Shown piece after piece: positions 57,345-64,000 of a stretch of 64,000 nucleotides of DNA. The notes beneath the pieces are model-generated. The model saw nothing but the letters and a program-made list of their open reading frames with translations. It searched no databases and had not been told where the DNA came from. The stretch lies in IMG/VR virus record IMGVR_UViG_3300046542_000335, positions 1 through 64,000 of that record; one strand, written 5' to 3'. Origin of the DNA: a virus. The first letter of the stretch is position 1. Each line of letters opens with the position of its first letter. The position numbers and the translations under genes were made by a program.

Positions 57345-59312
57345 ATGCGTCAGTTCCATGTACGTCATTTCTTCGAGACACCACGCTCGCAGTGGAAATG
57401 CGAATACAACGAACGTTTCATGCTGGAGTTCGATGATGGTACCAACGAGGTTGTAACGACTGCTCGGATGGAGGTCAGTAAAATGCTCTGGCTTCCGCAC
57501 GAGCAGTACACCCAACTTCCGCTACTCAGTCGCCACGTTATCCCGAAAGGATCTCTCCCTAACAAGAAGATCCAGGATCTCCTGTCAGCGGTTGCCCGCG
57601 ACATGCAGGAAATCTACGGTACGGGTAACTACAACCGTGAAGAGCTTTGGTACTGGATCTACAAGGCTGAAGAACGTTTGTTCAACACCGCGATCGTGGA
57701 CTATTCCGAATACGTTCGGAGTGTGAACTCCATCCACTATCTGCGGCTCTACAACCACCCACCGATCAAAGAGGCGCGTGAGGGCATCAAGAAGAACGAT
57801 GCTTCCATTGCGAAAGGTCAGAAGTTGCTGGAGGAAATCCTCCTCAACGACATGTCGATCAGTCGGAACCCGGTAGTCAGTGACTTGCGCTGCGGGATCA
57901 TGAAGATGGAGCAGTTGCTCCAGATCATCGGCGTACGGGGTGCAAACACCGACATCGATGACTTCATCTATAAGACGCCTATCATGGGCAACTACTTTGC
58001 GGGTATCCATGACCCAGCAGAAGCCATGATGGAATCGACGCTGGCCGGTAAGTCCATCATCTTTACGGGCGCTCCGTTGGAACAGACGGAATACGCCAAC
58101 CGTAAGTTGCAGTTCACCTCGCAGCGGGTGGATCTGTTGGTGATGGGCGACTGTGGCAGTACGTACCTGTCGGAGATCGAAGTCACGAACGAGCGGTTCA
58201 AGTCCATGTTGGGCTTGTACTTCCGTGACCCGATGCATGGCCGCATGCGACCGCTACAACAGTCCGACAAGAAGTTGATCGACCAGAAGCTGGAATTCCG
58301 GATCGCATTCAACTGCCGTCATCGTCACATGAGCTGCGTTTGCTCGGTGTGTTATGGCGACCTGGCGTACAACGTTCCTTACGGGGCCAACATCGGTCAC
58401 ATCGCGTCCACCAAGACGCAGTCCGAGGTATCCCAACGGGTACTGAAGGTTAAGCACTCGGAATCCTCCACGGTATCCGAAGCGATCACCATCAACGCTG
58501 ATGAGCGGGAATTCATCCTTCCCGGTAAAGAACTCAATCAGATCACCCTCAACCCACGTCTGAAGGAGAAGGGAATCAAGATGCTCCTGCGTAGCACGCC
58601 AAAGAATCGTGCAGCGAACGCATCGAAACTCCCGATCCTCAAGAAGGCGGATGTCCAAGAAGGCATGTCGGCGGCGAAGCATTCCCAATTCCGGGATGTC
58701 ACCTTCGAGGTTCCTTCCACTACCAAGCGTCCAATGCGTTTCCACGTATCGGTCAGCCGTGGTGCACGGATGTCCTACCTGACCAATGAATTCCTGCGTT
58801 GGTTCTTGAAGAAAGGGTTCAGTATCCAGGACGATGCGATGTATCACATCGACTTGAGTGACTGGGACTTCACCAAGCCGGTCTTTGAACTGCCGAACAA
58901 ACACGTCAGCATGAAGGACTTCGCAGCCGAAGTTGAAGTGTTTATCCGGTCCACCCACGATGACTCATCCCGCCACTTGGGACAACTCCGTCAGCTCCGG
59001 CAGTACACGGACCCAGTGGAAGCGCTCCTGGATCTGCATTCGTTGATTCAGCCAAAGGTACATGTTCACTTTACACATTTGGCAGTTGTTATGTTGGCGC
59101 TTATGGTGCCTGCCGTCGGTACTGGGCATTACAAAATCCCAGAGGTAGGTCAGCCTATCCGCTTCGCTAAATACGACGAGGTCATCAACGGTGGCTCTCT
59201 GGGTGCGTTGTTTGCATACCAGGGTGGTGCTGAACAGCTGACCAAAGTTGGACAGTACTTGAACACTGATCGGCCTCAGCATCTGCTCGATCCACTGATT
59301 CTGCCGCTGTAG
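57345..59312 (+). CDS. nvRNAP beta'-like subunit, C-terminal part (phiKZ gp74-like)
   Basis: EYANRKLQ, GDCGS, C..VCSVCYG Zn site, SQRVLKVKH trigger-loop-like motif. Confidence 0.9.
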   Translation: MRQFHVRHFFETPRSQWKCEYNERFMLEFDDGTNEVVTTARMEVSKMLWLPHEQYTQLPLLSRHVIPKGSLPNKKIQDLLSAVARDMQEIYGTGNYNREELWYWIYKAEERLFNTAIVDYSEYVRSVNSIHYLRLYNHPPIKEAREGIKKNDASIAKGQKLLEEILLNDMSISRNPVVSDLRCGIMKMEQLLQIIGVRGANTDIDDFIYKTPIMGNYFAGIHDPAEAMMESTLAGKSIIFTGAPLEQTEYANRKLQFTSQRVDLLVMGDCGSTYLSEIEVTNERFKSMLGLYFRDPMHGRMRPLQQSDKKLIDQKLEFRIAFNCRHRHMSCVCSVCYGDLAYNVPYGANIGHIASTKTQSEVSQRVLKVKHSESSTVSEAITINADEREFILPGKELNQITLNPRLKEKGIKMLLRSTPKNRAANASKLPILKKADVQEGMSAAKHSQFRDVTFEVPSTTKRPMRFHVSVSRGARMSYLTNEFLRWFLKKGFSIQDDAMYHIDLSDWDFTKPVFELPNKHVSMKDFAAEVEVFIRSTHDDSSRHLGQLRQLRQYTDPVEALLDLHSLIQPKVHVHFTHLAVVMLALMVPAVGTGHYKIPEVGQPIRFAKYDEVINGGSLGALFAYQGGAEQLTKVGQYLNTDRPQHLLDPLILPL

Positions 59313-59392
59313 GTAGTAGGGCGGGGAAACCCGCCTTCTCCCTCTGGCAGCGTCAGGGGGAACTACAGGTGCCCAGGTGAAAGGGATGATAG

Positions 59393-60913
59393 ATGAAGAT
59401 CGATGTATATAGTCATTGCTTCATGATCACAGAGCCGAGCTTTCTCCACAAGAAGGTGATTGATTCCTTCTGCCGGGGACTGGTTCAGTTCGAGATGGTG
59501 ATTACCGAAGGAGTGAAGTCCTACCGGGCGGCTAAAGTATTTGCTTCGGCGGACATCGGCCGGAACTACTATCGCTTACACATTAACGCACTTCAACCGT
59601 TCTTGGACCACGTCTCGTACAATCAGATCAGAGAATCTGAATACGTGATCCACAGACACTCGTTCGCCGTGGAAGAGCGGCATCGGGTAAAGTTCAAAGT
59701 AAAGGATCTTCCTGACCCAAGGGATCCACAACCCAAGATCATCGACCACATTCTGGCCGACGGCCCGAACAAGATCGTTACACTCCAGACCGGTAAAGGG
59801 AAGACCTTCTTAACGAAGTACTCCATGAACCAACTGGGGCTGCGGTCTTGCTTCTTCATGAAGGGTGGGTTTATCGATCGCTGGGTACCTGACATGGAAG
59901 AGTCTTTCCATTTCAAGGGCGGTGAGCTGTTGGTCGTACGCGGTGGTAAATCGCTGTCGGCTGTCATGCACATGGCTATCGATGGAGAGCTTGGTCCTGC
60001 CAAGTGTATCTTCATCTCCATCAACACGTATTCGGCGTACATCAAGGACTTCGAAGAGCACGGCGTGACGGAAACCTATCCGATTGCACCTGGCGAATTC
60101 TTCAGTCGTCTGAACATCGGGATGGCAGCACTCGATGAGGGTCACCAAAACCCCCATCAGGTAATGAAGCTGTTTTGCTACACCCATATCCCAAAATTCG
60201 TCACCCTGTCGGCAACCCTGGATACCATGGATGCCTTCATGACGAAGATGTACGAACTGATGTATCCCCGCAATGAGCGCTTTAACGGCGACTATTACGA
60301 CGTGTACATCAAGGTGTGCGCTATCAAGTACCAACTGAACAGGCCTAAGAACCTGCGATGGAAGGGATTTGGTGGAGCTTACAACCACACCGCGTACGAA
60401 GCCTCCATGATGACTGCCAAGAATCGGGTGGAACTAAAGAACTACCTGGATCTCATCACTTGGTGCGTGGACGACAAGTTTGTCAAGATCATGGAGAAAG
60501 GTCAGAAGATGTTGGTCTTCTGTGGTACGGTTAAGTTCTGTACGTTGGTGCAGAAGTACCTCCAGAAGAAGTTCCCGAACCTCGTGATCGGGCGCTACGT
60601 CTCTGGCGACAAGATGTCCGTGTTTGATGACTCCGATATCGTGGTTAGTACTGTACTCTCCGCAGGTACTGCGGTAGACATCAAGAACCTACGCGTCGGT
60701 CTGATGACCACGGCGATCAACTCCCAGCAGTCGAACGAACAAACCCTGGGCCGTACACGTCGACTGAAAGGTTGGCCGGACGTTACCCCAGAGTTCCTAT
60801 ACTTCGTCTGCACTTCGATCGATAAACACGTCAGATACCATGACGCAAAGATCGAAGCATTCAAATCCAAGGTCTTGTACCACGGTGTGGAGCAAGCACC
60901 GATTAGTGTGTAA
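59393..60913 (+). CDS. SF2 DEAD/H-like helicase (phiKZ gp75-like)
   Basis: LQTGKGKT, DEGH, LSAT, QTLGRTRR. Confidence 0.9.
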   Translation: MKIDVYSHCFMITEPSFLHKKVIDSFCRGLVQFEMVITEGVKSYRAAKVFASADIGRNYYRLHINALQPFLDHVSYNQIRESEYVIHRHSFAVEERHRVKFKVKDLPDPRDPQPKIIDHILADGPNKIVTLQTGKGKTFLTKYSMNQLGLRSCFFMKGGFIDRWVPDMEESFHFKGGELLVVRGGKSLSAVMHMAIDGELGPAKCIFISINTYSAYIKDFEEHGVTETYPIAPGEFFSRLNIGMAALDEGHQNPHQVMKLFCYTHIPKFVTLSATLDTMDAFMTKMYELMYPRNERFNGDYYDVYIKVCAIKYQLNRPKNLRWKGFGGAYNHTAYEASMMTAKNRVELKNYLDLITWCVDDKFVKIMEKGQKMLVFCGTVKFCTLVQKYLQKKFPNLVIGRYVSGDKMSVFDDSDIVVSTVLSAGTAVDIKNLRVGLMTTAINSQQSNEQTLGRTRRLKGWPDVTPEFLYFVCTSIDKHVRYHDAKIEAFKSKVLYHGVEQAPISV

Positions 60914-60920
60914 CGCAAGG

Positions 60921-60950
60921 GCCGGAGGTGATTCTCCGGCTTTATGCCCC
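60921..60950 (+). terminator. Hairpin + TTTATGC
   Basis: GCCGGAG/CTCCGGC stem then TTTATGCC. Confidence 0.65.
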
Positions 60951-60972
60951 ATCCTGCAAAAGGAATCAATAC

Positions 60973-61350
60973 ATGACTAACTTAATCCTGCGTCTTTATA
61001 AAGAAATCCCTAACGTCGACGAACCTGCTGAAGAGCGGGTGGAAGTCAACCTCCAAGGAGGTAGCCAAGAGATCGGTAAAGGTCTTGGGTATCTGGTCGG
61101 CTATGCCGAGGGTATGCTGACCTTCCTGACCGAACCCGGTGATTACGTTCCGATCGAGGTCGAGAACTATGACGCCCTCGACGAGTACGAGAAAATGCGT
61201 GCCCGTGAACTGATCGTACTGATGAAGAACTTCTACACCGGTCCGGATGTTGAGAAGCTCTCTCCGTTGAATATCCACATGAAACTTGAACTAGACGGAT
61301 CTCCACCACGGGTGTTGATCTACGCTATCCAAGACAGCAATAAGGACTAA
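60973..61350 (+). CDS. Hypothetical protein
   Basis: AAGGA SD. Confidence 0.7.
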   Translation: MTNLILRLYKEIPNVDEPAEERVEVNLQGGSQEIGKGLGYLVGYAEGMLTFLTEPGDYVPIEVENYDALDEYEKMRARELIVLMKNFYTGPDVEKLSPLNIHMKLELDGSPPRVLIYAIQDSNKD

Positions 61351-61354
61351 CGTC

Positions 61355-61963
61355 ATGTCCACTGAACCAGTACGCGATATGGCACTTGAGAAGTACCTGA
61401 ACAAGTGTGACCTCACCTTGACCGGATACATCCATCAATTCCGTCGCGACGCAGTTGAGTTCTCAGACCAACGGCAATACCTTGAGATGGCAGCTTGGGC
61501 GCTGAATCTCTTCCAGTCTTCAACCGATCTAGAGAAGCGTGCGCTACTCAACGTCACTAAAACGACTGGCGGTCTGGTGAGTTTACGTTCCACCTACCGC
61601 TTTACAGACACAGAGGTGAGCGAACCCTTCGCTACCCTGGAGTTTGATCCACGTCCTACCACGATGGTACGCACCTTTAGCGATATGGGGCGCCCACACG
61701 CTCTCTCAGACGCGTTGATTGATCGCAGTCATCTGAGCCTGACTTACCTACTACGACCCGTACGTAACCTCGTAAGAGGTCTGCGTGGTAAAGGTTGGAA
61801 AGTCTACGCGGACGCAATAGCCGGTGACAAGGTTATCACTGGCCTAACTGACGGTAGTGTTGCTCTGTACGTCATCGTCGATCTAGCACAACTCGAAGCC
61901 GATACCGCTGCCATCAAGGAATTCCACGCCAACAAGGAAACCTCCGATGAGCGAAGTGATTGA
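61355..61963 (+). CDS. Hypothetical protein (202 aa)
   Basis: AAGGA SD. Confidence 0.7.
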   Translation: MSTEPVRDMALEKYLNKCDLTLTGYIHQFRRDAVEFSDQRQYLEMAAWALNLFQSSTDLEKRALLNVTKTTGGLVSLRSTYRFTDTEVSEPFATLEFDPRPTTMVRTFSDMGRPHALSDALIDRSHLSLTYLLRPVRNLVRGLRGKGWKVYADAIAGDKVITGLTDGSVALYVIVDLAQLEADTAAIKEFHANKETSDERSD

Positions 61964-62273
61964 TTCCGATGGATTCATCATCGTCAATCTAGAAGAAGGG
62001 GAGAGTTTCGAAGTACTCATCGAAGTAGCCAAGAAACACCCCAACCGTCAAGTGGCCGTCTCCATCGGCAAGCGGATCACCGCTGAAACGCTGATGAAGG
62101 CGGCTGCTGAACACATGCCTCCACGCACAGAGGACTTGAACGACCTCCTGATGTTTCAGACGTCCAGCCGAGTCAAAGCTACTAACGACTTCTGGATTCG
62201 TGGCGAAAGTCGCGATCCTACCCGCACCACCTCAGGCCTCCCATATCGGAGAGGCAAAGGTAGATCCCGTTAA
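61947..62273 (+). CDS. Hypothetical protein (108 aa)
   Basis: AAGGA SD, overlaps previous gene. Confidence 0.65.
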   Translation: MSEVIDSDGFIIVNLEEGESFEVLIEVAKKHPNRQVAVSIGKRITAETLMKAAAEHMPPRTEDLNDLLMFQTSSRVKATNDFWIRGESRDPTRTTSGLPYRRGKGRSR

Positions 62274-62296
62274 TCATTCCGTCTAAGGAACGCATC

Positions 62297-62896
62297 ATGG
62301 CCCGTGAAGTATTACAACGCATTGTCGTTAACGATCGTCCAACTGTATTTCGACTAGCCGCCGCTGACATCTATCGTCCTGAGCGCAATAAGAAGCGTCT
62401 CGCCGGACGCGTCGACCCAACTCAAGTGGCGGTCACCCGGTTCCACTACCTGTTCGCCAAGTATGGACCTGTGGTAGTTGCCAAGAATCACCTCGGCGTC
62501 GATCTAAGGATCACTACCATTGAGGACCTGGAAGCAAATCCTCAATGGCTTGAAAACAATGCACACTTTCGCAGTGCGAGAGTGAAACCACAGACCCTAA
62601 AAACCAAAGGTGGTTACGTCGGCAGTAACATCGTCCTACTGGTCAATAAAGACGGTCCTATATTCATGGGAGCGGCCGCTGACTACATGACCGACTTCAT
62701 GGGGGCGTTCTTCTACGTCCACGACCACTTCCCAGGTGCGACAGAGGCCAATCTTCGCGATCCTAACATGTGGGCTATGTGGTTGGGTATGTTTACAGTA
62801 GGTTTCGCGAAAACTGGTCCAACCCTGGTGTTTGAGATGCGTGACCATATCCAGAGTCTTGATAAGACCATGGCTTCTTGGTACCCACGACGTTAA
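62297..62896 (+). CDS. Protein resembling an internal segment of nvRNAP beta subunit (phiKZ gp123-like fragment)
   Basis: HYLFAKYG, GAFFYVHDHFP, W..WLG, HIQSLD motifs in order; similarity recalled, not searched. Confidence 0.5.
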   Translation: MAREVLQRIVVNDRPTVFRLAAADIYRPERNKKRLAGRVDPTQVAVTRFHYLFAKYGPVVVAKNHLGVDLRITTIEDLEANPQWLENNAHFRSARVKPQTLKTKGGYVGSNIVLLVNKDGPIFMGAAADYMTDFMGAFFYVHDHFPGATEANLRDPNMWAMWLGMFTVGFAKTGPTLVFEMRDHIQSLDKTMASWYPRR

Positions 62897-62898
62897 CA

Positions 62899-62947
62899 GC
62901 ATACAGCCAGGGCTTCCATGCCCTGGCTGTATGCCTTTCTTTTTTTT
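62899..62947. terminator. Bidirectional terminator
   Basis: GCATACAGCCAGGGC/GCCCTGGCTGTATGC then CTTTCTTTTTTTT. Confidence 0.85.
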
Positions 62948-62948
62948 G

Positions 62949-63998
62949 TTACTGGCCGTTGCTGTAGTAGAGGAAGAAGTTCTGGCGCTCGTTCTCGTTC
63001 GGCAGGTGACGCAGAACGATTTCGAGGTTGTGGCTCAGCTTCGCAGCACGGTTGCCCGGCTCACGAGTAGAGATGACCACGGTCAGCAGGTCTTCGAACA
63101 GTTGCAGCTGGGATTTGCCCAGTGCGATCTGCGACCAGCCACGACGCGCTTTGTACGGGTCGAACAGGGTGGAGTAGTTTTCGTTCACGAAGTCGAGGAT
63201 GATGTTCCAACCTTCGACGAATTCGTTGAACTCGCGCTTGGTGACGTCGCGGATCGCTTTGTAGAGCATGGTCTGGCAAGCGCCGGCAGTTTCTTCGGTC
63301 TGCGTGCCTGGGTTCTTGGTGATCCCAGTTTTGTATTCGTCAAGCTTGGCGCGGAGGATAGAGTTATCCATGGAAACCTCATCGGGTTGATCTGGCATCT
63401 CCTGAAGGAGACGTTCTTCGCTGTAAGACTCGCTGATGCCCAAGCGATTGCGGTACTGGGACATCAGTTGTTCGCAACTGAACTGGGTTTCGATGTGGCC
63501 CAGCAGTGCAGCACGGATTTCGCGGAAGGTCAGGTGACCCACTTGTTTCTGGTCCCGCTGCCGATCCTTGACCAACACGCCGGCTACGGTACATTCAGGA
63601 ACAGATCCGTTACATACATATTCGCGGAACGCTTCGATGGTCCAGCTGACCGGAACCTTGTAGCGAGCGTAGGCTTCTTCCCAAACGACGGAGAGGTCCG
63701 TGTGTGGTTCGAGAACCAGACGATCCTCGATGAAGTCGAGGATTTCGCTAGCCTTCCAGGCCTTGACACGCTGGCCACGACGCGAGTCGTAGATCCAGTT
63801 GCCACGGGCAGTCTTGCCTGGGTACGCGCCCTTGATGAGGTACAGGAGCATCTCTTCACGGGACCAGGCTTCGGACGGCTCTTTGCCAACCATGCCGAGC
63901 AGCTGAGCGCGCAGCTGAGCGGTGCTGAGGGTGGTGACGTCCACATCGGCAGGTGCTACTTCTTCAGCAACTGGTTCGACTACAGGCGCAGGAGCTTC
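62949..63998 (-). CDS. Conserved jumbo-phage protein, 5'-truncated by window edge
   Basis: Frame stays open to the window end (…EAPAPVVEPVAEEVAPADVDV…). Confidence 0.7.
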   Translation of the reverse strand, partial: EAPAPVVEPVAEEVAPADVDVTTLSTAQLRAQLLGMVGKEPSEAWSREEMLLYLIKGAYPGKTARGNWIYDSRRGQRVKAWKASEILDFIEDRLVLEPHTDLSVVWEEAYARYKVPVSWTIEAFREYVCNGSVPECTVAGVLVKDRQRDQKQVGHLTFREIRAALLGHIETQFSCEQLMSQYRNRLGISESYSEERLLQEMPDQPDEVSMDNSILRAKLDEYKTGITKNPGTQTEETAGACQTMLYKAIRDVTKREFNEFVEGWNIILDFVNENYSTLFDPYKARRGWSQIALGKSQLQLFEDLLTVVISTREPGNRAAKLSHNLEIVLRHLPNENERQNFFLYYSNGQ

Positions 63999-64000
63999 AA

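Noticed and set aside
1-64000. tRNA, rRNA, CRISPR array, transposase/integrase, recoded stop codons
   Set aside because: No cloverleaf, spaced direct repeats or recombinase motifs seen by eye; core genes are full length in the standard code

Overview
64 kb segment of a nucleus-forming, phiKZ-like jumbo myophage (Chimalliviridae-type), probably infecting Pseudomonas or a relative. From start to end it encodes: the C-terminal part of a virion RNAP beta subunit, virion proteins and the prohead protease; an early accessory island; tail tube and sheath, baseplate-type proteins and the large terminase; PhuZ tubulin followed by an array of about nine overlapping, apparently paralogous small genes; the family-B DNA polymerase core; chimallin (ChmA); four non-virion RNAP subunits (none interrupted by introns); SbcD/Mre11; a ChmC-like protein; a PicA/Imp1-like import factor; and an SF2 helicase. 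No tRNA, rRNA, CRISPR array or mobile element was seen. The most interesting signals are: (1) a promoter/terminator grammar in which TACATTAY-initiated operons end at hairpin+TTTCTTTTTT while other junctions use hairpin+TTTATGY, suggesting separate stop signals for the two phage RNAPs; (2) a ChmC-like protein ending in an exact bacterial SSB tail (DSFDDDIPF); (3) a stand-alone protein resembling an internal segment of the nvRNAP beta subunit; (4) the paralog array after phuZ; (5) a cluster of ssDNA-type GNA-triloop hairpins that could be an origin; (6) an early promoter firing antisense through a late gene towards phuZ. Family names and phiKZ gp equivalents come from recalled motifs and synteny, not from database searches.
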